This document shows positions 20,322-30,132 of a stretch of DNA of 58,680 bases, piece after piece. Both the position numbers and the translations under genes were made by a program. Location: the sequence record SRR20825006_2814; one strand, 5' to 3'. Below the pieces are notes generated by a model. The model did not search any database and was not told where the DNA came from. It worked only from the letters and a program-made list of their open reading frames with translations. Position 1 is the stretch's first letter. Each line of letters starts with the position of its first letter.

Positions 20322-20940
20322 GACAACGAATGATACGGAATCACAACCCACCGCCAAACCGTCGGCCTCGGACGCATCGGATCGAATTCGACGCGAAGCG
20401 GTCGTCACCGTGGAACCCGATCAGCAATTGATCGATCCGTCAGCATTCATCGCACCCAATGCGACAGTTTTGGGGGAAGTGTACATCGCCGCCGATGTCA
20501 GCATTTGGTTCGGAGCGGTCATGCGAGGCGATACCGAAAAAATCGTGATTGGCCGGGAAAGCAATGTCCAAGACCAGTGCGTGTTGCATTGCGATCCCGG
20601 AATGCCCTGTTTGATTGGTGAACGTGTGACGGTGGGGCATTCAGCAATCGTGCATGGAGCAACCGTCGAGGATGATGCATTGATCGGAATTGGAGCGATT
20701 GTTCTCAACGGAGCGACCATCGGAAAAGGAGCCATCGTCGCTGCTGGAGCACTTGTGACCGAAGGAACCGTGATACCGCCCGGCATGTTGGCGGTGGGAA
20801 CACCGGCAAAGCCCATCAAGGAAGTCAGCGATTCCCTGCGTGAGCGTTCGCGAGAAGGTGCCCAGCACTACGTCAAATTGGGCCGCCGCTACCGTGACGA
20901 ATTTGCCGGTACAAACGTCACTTCCGGCAAGGTCGATTGA
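20320..20940 (+). CDS. Gamma-carbonic-anhydrase-like hexapeptide repeat protein (YrdA/PaaY family)
   Basis: [36 protein letters not shown]. Confidence 0.9.
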   Translation: MTTNDTESQPTAKPSASDASDRIRREAVVTVEPDQQLIDPSAFIAPNATVLGEVYIAADVSIWFGAVMRGDTEKIVIGRESNVQDQCVLHCDPGMPCLIGERVTVGHSAIVHGATVEDDALIGIGAIVLNGATIGKGAIVAAGALVTEGTVIPPGMLAVGTPAKPIKEVSDSLRERSREGAQHYVKLGRRYRDEFAGTNVTSGKVD

Positions 20941-21060
20941 GCAGCACAGTTTGGCGGCATGCTTTTTTGAACACGCACAATTTGTTGGGGCCGTGCATGG
21001 GGGGCGTCCTAGTGTTGGGGGAATATTCTTTGAATCTCCTTTTAGAGCCCGTGTTCCAAC

Positions 21061-22536
21061 ATGTCAGCTGCTCCTATTCCGTGGAAACACATTCGCAACG
21101 TTTTGGTCCTTTTCGCACCGGTTTGGTGCGGTGCGGCTGTTCTGTTTGGAGTTCTCGGGCTGGCGACGGCGTTGTTTTCAAGCGACCGCTGGGCCGCCCG
21201 GCAACCGCTCGTCCTTCGTGATGAAGCAACGGGAGCCGTTGACCGTTTGGGACGATTTTCAAGTCAAACGGATTTAAAAGCCGCTCAAGAGACGCTGCTC
21301 GAAATGGCTCGCAATCCAGAAGTGGTTGCGGCCGCTCTGCGTGACATCGGACCCGTCGGTGGCGGACAAGATGATTCGTATCCATCGACCACTTTGGTTG
21401 ACACGGTTGCGAATCGACGGGTCAATGTTGTCGCCCCACAAGGCAGCGAGTTTGGCAACAGCGAATTGGTCTACTTGAAGGTTGAAGCGGAAACGGCTGA
21501 GCGTGCCTCCGATTTTTGTCGCGCACTTTTGGACAACCTGAGCAGCCATCTTCGGACCGTTCGTCGTATTCGTGCCGACAGCGTGATTGTCGAGCTGACC
21601 AACGCTCGCGACTTGACACGTCAGAAATTGGATGCGGTTCTCACGAAGATGAACGAAGTCGAGGTTCGGTTTGGATCGGACTTGAGTGAACTGCGAAACC
21701 TCAACGATGCAATATCAGGAGATGGTGCCAATCGCCGAACGATGGAAGAGAACGCCAAAGAACTGCAATTGGCGGAGTTGGAGCTCGAGCGATTGAATGC
21801 GTTGCAGCAACTGTTGATCGCGGGATCACAGGACCCTCGTCAGTTGTTGGTCAGCGGCGATGAATTGCTCTCCAGCCAGCCATCGCTTCAACGATTGAAG
21901 GACGGTTTGATCGATGCACAAATCGAATCGAGTCGATTGGCAAGTGTTTACACCGAACTGCATCCGCGACGTCGTTCCGCAATCACGACTGAGCGAGAGA
22001 TCACCTCACGAATGTTGGAAGAAGCTCGGGCCGCGGTTCGTGCGATGAAACCAACGCTGGCATTGGCTCAGGACCGAGTGCAACGTCTGAGAAACAAACA
22101 AGATCAGCTGAATGAAAAACTGAGCCGTTTGGCCGGTGTGCGAACAAGCTATTCAAAGCTCGACAGCGATGCCGAAGCCCTGACGCAACAATTGGCGGAA
22201 GCCGAAGCCGCGCTCGGCGAAGCTCAAGCGAGTCGATCGGCAGCGCTTTCGACGAATCTGTTGGCCGAGCTGGGACCACCCCAAGTCGGCGATTCACCAG
22301 AAGGAATGTCCGGTGTCTCGGTGACCTTTGGTTCGCTCTTCGCCGGTTTGGTTTTCGGACTGGGAACCGTGTTCTTGATTGCTCCCGGACCACAAGGGCC
22401 GAGTGCTGGACGCCGTTGGAGCGATCGCTTGACCGGGCGACGGATGACCGACCACATGCCGCCAGAAATGGCCGCTCAAGTCACTTCGGTACCGCCTGAC
22501 GGACAGGATCGCCGTCGCGGATCCTCCCGCGACTGA
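21061..22536 (+). CDS. Polysaccharide co-polymerase / chain-length determinant (GumC/Wzc-like, no kinase domain)
   Basis: N-terminal TM, long coiled coil with YTELHP motif, C-terminal Pro/Gly-rich TM, short cytoplasmic tail. Confidence 0.75.
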   Translation: MSAAPIPWKHIRNVLVLFAPVWCGAAVLFGVLGLATALFSSDRWAARQPLVLRDEATGAVDRLGRFSSQTDLKAAQETLLEMARNPEVVAAALRDIGPVGGGQDDSYPSTTLVDTVANRRVNVVAPQGSEFGNSELVYLKVEAETAERASDFCRALLDNLSSHLRTVRRIRADSVIVELTNARDLTRQKLDAVLTKMNEVEVRFGSDLSELRNLNDAISGDGANRRTMEENAKELQLAELELERLNALQQLLIAGSQDPRQLLVSGDELLSSQPSLQRLKDGLIDAQIESSRLASVYTELHPRRRSAITTEREITSRMLEEARAAVRAMKPTLALAQDRVQRLRNKQDQLNEKLSRLAGVRTSYSKLDSDAEALTQQLAEAEAALGEAQASRSAALSTNLLAELGPPQVGDSPEGMSGVSVTFGSLFAGLVFGLGTVFLIAPGPQGPSAGRRWSDRLTGRRMTDHMPPEMAAQVTSVPPDGQDRRRGSSRD

Positions 22537-22561
22537 TTCGGTGCATCGATTGATACAAACG

Positions 22562-22603
22562 AAAACACCTCGTCGAGCGAACTCGGCGAGGTGTTTCTTT
22601 TTT
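22562..22603 (+). terminator. Intrinsic terminator between convergent genes (possibly bidirectional)
   Basis: AAACACCTCGTCGAG-CGAA-CTCGGCGAGGTGTTT followed by CTTTTTT. Confidence 0.85.
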
Positions 22604-22657
22604 AGACTCGACGTTTGCCAGCGTTAGCTGCTGACGAAGTCATTGCGTGTGACGTGA

Positions 22658-23122
22658 TCATGCACCGGTTGCGGGGGCGTCCACACAACCTTCGCATTGG
22701 CAGACTTCGCAACTGCAGTTGTCGCAGTCGACGGATTCATCCAAGCAGCAGTTGCAATCTGCATCACATTGACCGCATACACAAGCAGCAGCGACTGCTG
22801 ATGTGAGGACGTCGCTCGATGCCGCTTTCTCGTTGGCAGCATTTTCGCAGGTCTTGCCCGCACAGCAACTCATCTTTGCAACCGCGAAATCGCTGGCTGC
22901 TGTGTCGCAGGCGTCGCACTCGCACGCTTCGCACGAGCAGTTGTCGCAATTGACATCGCCGTTGACGCAGCAATCGCAACCGACATCGCATTGATTGCAA
23001 GGACAAGCTTCGCCGTTTTGAGCGGACGCATTGTCACTTGAAATAGCGCTTCGAGTGGCAAACAAAATTGCGACACCAATTAACACGGTGGCGGCAAACA
23101 TCATGGAAGTACGTAACATCAT
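22658..23122 (-). CDS. Exported cysteine-rich metallothionein-like protein
   Basis: Signal-like N-terminus; 27 Cys, with two 33-aa repeats of identical Cys spacing; AGGAG RBS upstream. Confidence 0.75.
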   Translation of the reverse strand: MMLRTSMMFAATVLIGVAILFATRSAISSDNASAQNGEACPCNQCDVGCDCCVNGDVNCDNCSCEACECDACDTAASDFAVAKMSCCAGKTCENAANEKAASSDVLTSAVAAACVCGQCDADCNCCLDESVDCDNCSCEVCQCEGCVDAPATGA

Positions 23123-23193
23123 TGGGCTCCTAATGAACCTGAAACTAAATTGAAATCTGAAACAAAACTGTCGTCTAAATCAGTCTTGTTGAA

Positions 23194-23673
23194 TCAATTC
23201 AGCCAGCGGCACAGAAGCACGCAGCGGTCACGAGACGTCAAGGCCGTTTGCCATGACGTGTCCAATTGCCGATCCAGCAGACGAGATGGCAATGGATATT
23301 GAAGATCTTCGAGCAAGCCAATTGGCATGCCGAAGGTGACAGGTTGGTCGTCGACCGTGAGCACGCGTGAGCTCACCCAGGAGTCGGTCAGAGTTGATCG
23401 GACTTCGCAGTCACACTGAGAAGTCCATTCGCAGTGACAACTGGTTTTTGAACTCGATGTCTGAGTTTCCGGACCGGCCGTCGTGGTGGATTTGCAACAG
23501 GAAGCGGCAGGTGTTTCAACCGACGCACAGCATCCCGATGCGACCGTCGCATTGTCCGAAACCGATGCGGCGCAGCAGCAGGGAGGCTGCAGCATTGGCC
23601 AAACGCACAACGCAAGCACTGCCAGCAAAGCTGGCACTCGAAGCACGGTTTGGTTGAATGCAGTTGGTCTCAT
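23194..23673 (-). CDS. Cysteine-rich exported/membrane-anchored hypothetical protein
   Basis: Hydrophobic segment, then CCC, CC, CC, CHC, CDC and C-terminal RCVLLCRWLN; start placed at ATG 23673 to avoid overlap with the peptidase. Confidence 0.6.
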   Translation of the reverse strand: MRPTAFNQTVLRVPALLAVLALCVWPMLQPPCCCAASVSDNATVASGCCASVETPAASCCKSTTTAGPETQTSSSKTSCHCEWTSQCDCEVRSTLTDSWVSSRVLTVDDQPVTFGMPIGLLEDLQYPLPSRLLDRQLDTSWQTALTSRDRCVLLCRWLN

Positions 23674-23833
23674 GAGCTCTGTTATACGCAGCAAACCAAG
23701 GTCGGGTCGAGGGAAATCCTCGAACACCGGCTCGGAAATGTTTTCGCAGCCGTGAGCTCGGGCTTTGCCCACGACTCTCACCTGCAAAATGGCGAAAACT
23801 TGAGCGAATCCGCCATTTCGCAATCGCGGTTCG

Positions 23834-25315
23834 TCAAGGCGACGGCTGCGGAAGCGAAGCGTTTCGGGACTCACCGTTGCTGTCGACAACCACGATCCGG
23901 CGTATTTCGGTGCCCGGTTTGAGCTGTTGTATGTCATCGAAAGTGAGCTCGATCGATTCAGGATGATCGTCGGCTCCGGTATCGTGCGATCCATATTCCT
24001 GAAAGGTTTCGATTCGATCTTTTGAATGAAAACCGATCCACGGGATGCCCGCAGAACTGCTGATGCGAACGAGTTTTGCTGCTTCGTCGACTTCGACATT
24101 CGGTCGTGACCTCGGCGATTTGGCTGAGACACCAGTTGAATCGTCCAGCTGAAACCAAGGGCTCCATCGAAGAAACGACGCACTGACGGGCGAGAAGTAA
24201 GCTTCTTGTTCGGATGAGAACTTGCGGGGTTGTTTGTTTTGTTTGCTGGGGGGATCGGCGAACGTGAACACGCGGTGGAAGTGGTCAAACCCTCGCGTCA
24301 TGATGCCCATGTTGTCGGTGCAGTGAGGCAACCCCATCGCGTGACCGGTTTCGTGCAGGGTTGCTCCGATGGTGGTCGATGCCAGCGCCCAAATCGTTCC
24401 TCGGAACGCACTGTCATCGTGAACGTGCGTTGGATCAACCTCGGTCCCGTCTTGAAACACATCCATCGCGGATTGAATGTCACGCGGCCAGCAAAACATC
24501 GATGCACTACCGAACAGTCCCAGGTTCGCTCCACCAAGTGCGGTGTGACCAAGCATCTTGCCAGTGCGAGGATCCTTGCGTGTGCAAGCTGCCAGGACAA
24601 CGTTCTTTGCCATCGGATCAGGATGCTCATCGTTGATCCATCGTCGGACTTGTTGCCACCAACGATTGTTCTCGGCTTGAGCGTAGTAGTCTTGTTTGTC
24701 CTGGTCGCCTTTCCAGGTGTGGACGACGACCTCGCCTTTGTCATCTCGTTCCAACGCGAAGGTTCGCGGGCCGTAACCGAGGTCCTTCATCCGTTCAGCG
24801 GTGAAGGTTTGCATCAGCAACGCCGCGGTCCGAAGTCGATTTGCATAGTCTTGCGTGACGGTATCGTCAGGCACCGCGAAATCCGTTTCGCCCGATTGAT
24901 CGGTCATCCAAATCAGTCGTACATAGTGCGGATTGGTTTGCGGTTTAAAATTTAGGATCAGTTCACTTGTCGAAGCCGAGCCATGTTCCAAACGAATGAC
25001 GTTTCGACCCTCGGAAAGTTCGACCAAAGCTTTGAACCGTTTTCCATCGGTCAACACTTTGACAGGACTCGATCCAGTCGGCGTGTTTGTGTTGACTATC
25101 GTCGACTCCGATGCATCATCAGCGGCCACGGTCCCGCGTAGCAGCACGACGCTATATCGCACTTCGGAATCCGATTCGTGGTTCTCAACTCGGATCGACG
25201 ATTCCAAGTTGCTAGCAATTGCCAAAGTTGAATCGCCGAACACGATGCTCAGGGCGAATAGCAAGGTTGGCAAAAGCGTCGTGACCAAAGTCGAGCGGAT
25301 GCGGGAGAGTCTCAT
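23834..25315 (-). CDS. Secreted zinc metallopeptidase (metzincin-type)
   Basis: Signal peptide, GHTALGG, HETGHAMGLPH (HExxHxxGxxH), GIMTRG Met-turn. Confidence 0.82.
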   Translation of the reverse strand: MRLSRIRSTLVTTLLPTLLFALSIVFGDSTLAIASNLESSIRVENHESDSEVRYSVVLLRGTVAADDASESTIVNTNTPTGSSPVKVLTDGKRFKALVELSEGRNVIRLEHGSASTSELILNFKPQTNPHYVRLIWMTDQSGETDFAVPDDTVTQDYANRLRTAALLMQTFTAERMKDLGYGPRTFALERDDKGEVVVHTWKGDQDKQDYYAQAENNRWWQQVRRWINDEHPDPMAKNVVLAACTRKDPRTGKMLGHTALGGANLGLFGSASMFCWPRDIQSAMDVFQDGTEVDPTHVHDDSAFRGTIWALASTTIGATLHETGHAMGLPHCTDNMGIMTRGFDHFHRVFTFADPPSKQNKQPRKFSSEQEAYFSPVSASFLRWSPWFQLDDSTGVSAKSPRSRPNVEVDEAAKLVRISSSAGIPWIGFHSKDRIETFQEYGSHDTGADDHPESIELTFDDIQQLKPGTEIRRIVVVDSNGESRNASLPQPSP

Positions 25316-25727
25316 TGAAGGCGAACCATTTAAGAAGTTGTCGGTGAACTCGGCGAATCATTCTTCGCAAATCAATTGGCAGTGATCCTCGAGTTCCGCC
25401 AAACTCGCGCGGCCAATCTCGCTTGCGTTCCGGCAGTCGTTGTAGCGTCCGAAACAAAGAACCAGGTTCGGAGTTTACTTTGCATGCCCGCGTCTGTTGA
25501 TCGGGCTTGGCTTCGACGTGCCGCTTTCTAATGGGCGGTCGTTTCCTTGCTTTCTGATTTGGCATAGAATCCCGTGCGTTCACGTCTTAGGAACGGTTGG
25601 AAGACAAGCGTCAGACGCCTTTCGCAGGACCGGCCCACTGGGTGGTTCGCACGAAAGTGGCCTGACACTTTTTTCCCGTTTGAATACTCACTCCGATCGC
25701 TCACTCCACTCACCAAAGCGTTGCATT

Positions 25728-26768
25728 ATGAAGGCATTGTTGCTGACCGAATACAAAAACATGCAGGTGACGGATGTGGATGAGCCCGAGGTGGGCCCAG
25801 ATGACGTTTTGGTCCAAGTCGAAGCGTGTGGGATCTGTGGCAGTGACATTCATGGATACGATGGCAGCACCGGGCGTCGTATCCCGCCTTTGGTGATGGG
25901 GCACGAGGCTGCTGGGGTGGTGGTTCAGGTCGGCGAAAACGTCCGCGATTTGGAACTCGGAGCCCGCGTCACATTTGATTCGATGGTGTCCTGCGGAAAC
26001 TGTGAGTTTTGTCGCGAAGGGCACGGGAACCTTTGTGACAACCGAATGGTTCTCGGCGTTTCCTGTGGTGATTACCGACGTCATGGTGCGTTCGCGGAAC
26101 GCATCTCGGTTCCGCGCCGGATAGTCTATCGATTACCCGACACCCTGCCCTTCGAGCACGCAGCGTTGGTTGAAGCGGTCAGCGTCGCGGTCCATGCGGC
26201 GGAAGTCACTCCGATCAAGCTAGGTGATACCGCCGTTGTGGTTGGTGCTGGCATGATCGGATTGTTGGCTGTGCAAGCCGTGCGAGCAGCGGGTGCGACG
26301 CAGGTCATCGCGGTGGATCTAAACGACAAACGCCTGGAAACAGCCGGAACGTTGGGAGCCGACGTGTTGTTGCGAGCCGATCAAGTGGACGTGCCGGAAA
26401 AAGTTCGCGAACTGACCGGTGGCCGCGGGGCAGACGTGGCACTGGAAGTCGTCGGTGCGACGCCGACGGTCAAAACAGCGATTGAATCCGTTCGCAAGGG
26501 TGGAGCGGTCACGTTGGTCGGCAACGTCTCGCCGACGATCGAATTGCCTTTGCAGTCAGTTGTTACGCGAGAAATTCGATTGCAGGGCACATGTGGTTGC
26601 AACGGTGAATACCCACAGTGCATCGATTTGATGAATCGCGGCGTCATCAACGTTGAACCTTTGATCACGGCCAAAATTTCTTTGGCGGACGGTCCCAAAT
26701 GGTTTGACCGCCTGCACGCCGGTGATGCGGAGCAAATGAAGGTGTTGGTTTGTCCTCGTTCGGAGTGA
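25728..26768 (+). CDS. Zinc-dependent sugar-alcohol dehydrogenase (MDR family)
   Basis: CGICGSD, GHEAAG, CGNCEFC..G..NLC, GAGMIG. Confidence 0.9.
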   Translation: MKALLLTEYKNMQVTDVDEPEVGPDDVLVQVEACGICGSDIHGYDGSTGRRIPPLVMGHEAAGVVVQVGENVRDLELGARVTFDSMVSCGNCEFCREGHGNLCDNRMVLGVSCGDYRRHGAFAERISVPRRIVYRLPDTLPFEHAALVEAVSVAVHAAEVTPIKLGDTAVVVGAGMIGLLAVQAVRAAGATQVIAVDLNDKRLETAGTLGADVLLRADQVDVPEKVRELTGGRGADVALEVVGATPTVKTAIESVRKGGAVTLVGNVSPTIELPLQSVVTREIRLQGTCGCNGEYPQCIDLMNRGVINVEPLITAKISLADGPKWFDRLHAGDAEQMKVLVCPRSE

Positions 26769-26875
26769 GATCCGAGACCGAATGACTTTTCGACGTTGAC
26801 ATTGAAGGCGGCGTGAAACTAATTTCCCCTCGTCGCCTTTCGCTGACTACTCCATTGACCGATTCAGGACAAAAG

Positions 26876-27661
26876 ATGAGCGACCCGTTTGCAAGCCGAA
26901 TGCGCTCGTATCCGACTCAGGAGCCTTCTTCGGCAAGTCCCGATCGGCGTCGCCGGCCATTGTCGATCGTCACTCCGCTGCATTACACGCCGTCCTACGA
27001 TTATCCCTTGGTGGTTTGGCTTCATCACCGCGGTCACAATGAATTGCAGGTGGAGCAAGTTCTGCCGCATGTCAGCGTTCGTAATTATGTCGGCGTTGGT
27101 GTTCGAGGTACCCAGGCCACCGATGTTCGCGGATGGGGATTTGATTGGTCCGAAGGGGCTTCTTCAATCGCCGCGGCTCGCGAAGCCGTGATCGAAGCGA
27201 TCGAGCATGCTCAGGCCGAGTTGTCGATTCACTCTGATCGAATCTTGATCGCTGGATACGGCAGCGGTGCCACAATGGCCTGCCGAATTGCATTGATGGA
27301 GCCGGAGCGATTCGGTGGAGTTGCGATGATGGGTGGGCAATTCCCGTCCAGTCAAAGCGTGATGCGAGAGTACCATCGACTGCGTGAACGTCGACTTCCG
27401 ATCCTTTGGCAACAAGCGATCAACGGCGTTGATGATTGCCCCGATCAACTGAAGCGTGGCATCTTGGCGGCGGAATCCATTCGGGCTCGTGTTGAAATTC
27501 GGCAGTACCGAGGCGATGATGTGATGAACGCGGTGGCGTTGCGTGACATTGACCAATGGTGTTTTGATACCATCGTGCAACCACGCACCAAGTCCACCGC
27601 GGAAAATTCGACGGTTCGTCCCACCGAGGGATTGTCACCGATCGATTTCTCCGCCAATTGA
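26876..27661 (+). CDS. Phospholipase/carboxylesterase-like alpha/beta hydrolase, catalytic triad degenerate
   Basis: YPLVVWLH, RILIAGYGSGA, PERFGGVAMMGG; the GxSxG serine is replaced by Gly. Confidence 0.72.
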   Translation: MSDPFASRMRSYPTQEPSSASPDRRRRPLSIVTPLHYTPSYDYPLVVWLHHRGHNELQVEQVLPHVSVRNYVGVGVRGTQATDVRGWGFDWSEGASSIAAAREAVIEAIEHAQAELSIHSDRILIAGYGSGATMACRIALMEPERFGGVAMMGGQFPSSQSVMREYHRLRERRLPILWQQAINGVDDCPDQLKRGILAAESIRARVEIRQYRGDDVMNAVALRDIDQWCFDTIVQPRTKSTAENSTVRPTEGLSPIDFSAN

Positions 27662-27671
27662 TCGCCACTTG

Positions 27672-28067
27672 ATGAACACCCCTGCCCAGTCAGACAGCTC
27701 CACCTCGACCGCGAAAATCCTTGTTGTCGATGATGACGCGGAAATCATCGAGTCCGTTTCCTACGCGTTGGAATCCAACGGCTACAAAGTCGTGGTCGCC
27801 CGAGATGGCAACCAAGCACTCGCGTTAGCCGAGTGCGAAAAACCACAGTTGATGATCTTGGACATGATGATGCCCAAGCGAAGTGGATTCTTAGTGCTCG
27901 AAAAGATGCGGCGAGAAAATGAATTGCCGGTCCCGGTCATCATGATCACGGGCAACGAGGGCAGTCGCCATCAAGCGTACGCGGAGTTGCTGGGCGTGAG
28001 CGAATACATCCGCAAGCCATTCGCAATCGAAAAACTGCTGGAAGCGGTCGATCGATTGCTGAAGTAG
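27672..28067 (+). CDS. Single-domain response regulator (receiver)
   Basis: ILVVDDD, ILDMMMP..SG, VIMITG, YIRKPF. Confidence 0.92.
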   Translation: MNTPAQSDSSTSTAKILVVDDDAEIIESVSYALESNGYKVVVARDGNQALALAECEKPQLMILDMMMPKRSGFLVLEKMRRENELPVPVIMITGNEGSRHQAYAELLGVSEYIRKPFAIEKLLEAVDRLLK

Positions 28068-28073
28068 TTCTCA

Positions 28074-28090
28074 GGTCGCTTCAAGCGACC
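28074..28090. terminator. Hairpin between convergent genes
   Basis: GGTCGCT-TCA-AGCGACC perfect 7-bp stem, no clear U tract. Confidence 0.45.
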
Positions 28091-28114
28091 AGCTATTTCG
28101 ATTTTTGCGACAGC

Positions 28115-29101
28115 TCACTGAAGCATTTGGCGATACATATTGATCGCGGCTGGTCCAACGAGCACCACAAAAATGCCGGGGAAGATGAACAGCACAAGCG
28201 GGAAGATCATCTTCACGGCCGTCTTGGCGGCTTTTTCTTCAGCGATTTGACGACGTTTGGTTCGCATCGAATCGCTTTGAACCCGAAGGGCTTGGGCCAC
28301 ACTGGATCCAAACTTGTCAGCCTGGATCAGGATCGATGCAAGTTGCTTCAAGTCATCGACACCACTGCGGTAACCCAAGCCTGAAAGCACTTCGCTTCGG
28401 GGGCTGCCGAGTTGCAACTGGTGGTTGGAGATCGAAAATTCTTCGCCGATCGCTTTGTGGCTCTTCTGCATTTCCTCGGCCACCTTGCGGAGTGCTTGGT
28501 CGAGACCCAAGCCGGCTTCCACGCAGACGACCATCAAGTCCAACGCATCGGGAAGACCCAGGAAAATCTTTTCGCGACGTTTGCTGGCCATGAAACCCAA
28601 GATCAACGAAGGGATCATGAAGCCGCCGATCATGCCGAGCAACAGTTTGATGATCATGCCCTGAGTCAGACCGTCCAGGACGGCGCCCGTGACACCACCG
28701 AGCATGAGTCCGACGCCGGTGCAAACCAGCTGAATGAGTTTGAAGATGACGGGAGCACTTTCGCGGCGAAAGCCAGCGTTGATCAGCTTTTCACGAAGCT
28801 TACCCATTTCTTCTTCGTTGCCTGAGACCGAACTGGCGATTGGCGTTGCCGCTTTCTCAAGTGCTTCGGTCAGAGCTTCGTTCTTTGTGCGTTGCTTTTC
28901 ATCAGCGGCGATGTCGCGGATGCCACGTTTGGCATCTTTCATTCGTTCCAAGCGTGATTCCGCGGGAGCCTGGTCGTCGCCGCCCACTTTACTGAGGACA
29001 AACCAAGCGAACGATGTCACCGAAGCAAAAATCGCGATGGTGGTCAACGTCACCGGACTGAGGAAGCCGATGAGTTCAGGAGCGATTGAGTATGTGAACA
29101 T
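28115..29101 (-). CDS. tadC: Tad pilus assembly protein TadC (T2SS-F family)
   Basis: LINAG, LPDALDLMVVCVEAGL, QADKFG, AEEKAAK..VKMIFPL. Confidence 0.9.
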   Translation of the reverse strand: MFTYSIAPELIGFLSPVTLTTIAIFASVTSFAWFVLSKVGGDDQAPAESRLERMKDAKRGIRDIAADEKQRTKNEALTEALEKAATPIASSVSGNEEEMGKLREKLINAGFRRESAPVIFKLIQLVCTGVGLMLGGVTGAVLDGLTQGMIIKLLLGMIGGFMIPSLILGFMASKRREKIFLGLPDALDLMVVCVEAGLGLDQALRKVAEEMQKSHKAIGEEFSISNHQLQLGSPRSEVLSGLGYRSGVDDLKQLASILIQADKFGSSVAQALRVQSDSMRTKRRQIAEEKAAKTAVKMIFPLVLFIFPGIFVVLVGPAAINMYRQMLQ

Positions 29102-29166
29102 TGGACTGAGTTATGCGAAGAGCGATGAGCGAAAAGGAGTAGAACGCGAAGGGGCAGGAGGCGGAT

Positions 29167-30132
29167 CTAGACTTTGATCGTGATGATCTTCTTGATCGCC
29201 AAGGCTCCCAGCACCTGAGTGACCAAAGCCATGCCCAAAGCCATTCGTCCGAGTTCGTCCGTGAAGAGCATCAGCACGTATTCAGCGTTGATTTTCAACA
29301 TGACCAGGAACAAGACCGGTGGCAGGGCGAGCAGCACAGCACCACTCATTCGGCCTTCCCCGGTGAGGGCTTGGATCGTTCCAAGAATCTGCAATCGTTC
29401 ACGGACGAGGTGTCCGATCTTGTCGAGGATTTCACTCAAGTCACCCCCGGTTTGACGCTGCAGAATTACAGCGGTCGCGAAAAATCGAAGGTCCATGTTG
29501 GGGACGCGTTCCGCCATGTCTTCGATGGATTCATCCAATGGGATGCCGAATTTTTGTTCTTCAAAGCAACGACGGAATTCGGTTGCCAAAGGAGCTTCCA
29601 TTTCGTCGCCGACCAAACCAAAGCCAGCGTTGAGCGAGTGACCAGCACGAAGCGAACGACCGAGCAATTCGAGTGCTTCGGGAATTTGTTCGCCGAAACG
29701 TTTTAGGCGACGTTTGCGTTTGAACATCACGTAGAAGACGGGAGCACCCACAAACGTGGCACCCACGATTGGCCCGAGCAGAATCGGAATGGGAGTGACG
29801 ACGCACAGCACCATGCCCGCGGCAAAGCAGCCACCGCAAATCATCGCGAATTTTGTAACGGTGAGGTCGATGTCTGCCTGTTCAAGGATTTTATGGACCG
29901 CAGGGATGCGATCCGTGATCGTCTTCAGCAACCCCGTCGCATCATCCAGGTCATTCAGCAAGAACGACGGCGTGCTGCTATCAGACTCTGCGCCACGTTT
30001 TCCGTGGGCGAGCTGAGTCAAGCGATCTTCTGTCGCGGTCGTTTCTTCCGAGGGCATCAAAACAGATGCACCGAACGCGATGAGCGAGGCAACAAAGACC
30101 CCGGCGGCGACGATGATGATGATGGATGACAT
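29167..30132 (-). CDS. tadB: Tad pilus assembly protein TadB
   Basis: FGEQIPEALELLGRSLRAGHS, QRQTGGDLSEIL, ALTGEGRMS. Confidence 0.9.
   Translation of the reverse strand: MSSIIIIVAAGVFVASLIAFGASVLMPSEETTATEDRLTQLAHGKRGAESDSSTPSFLLNDLDDATGLLKTITDRIPAVHKILEQADIDLTVTKFAMICGGCFAAGMVLCVVTPIPILLGPIVGATFVGAPVFYVMFKRKRRLKRFGEQIPEALELLGRSLRAGHSLNAGFGLVGDEMEAPLATEFRRCFEEQKFGIPLDESIEDMAERVPNMDLRFFATAVILQRQTGGDLSEILDKIGHLVRERLQILGTIQALTGEGRMSGAVLLALPPVLFLVMLKINAEYVLMLFTDELGRMALGMALVTQVLGALAIKKIITIKV

Noticed and set aside
23674-24288. N-terminal extension of the 364-aa ORF 23194-24288
   Set aside because: Overlaps the metallopeptidase gene in another frame; signal-like and Cys-rich sequence begins only at ATG 23673
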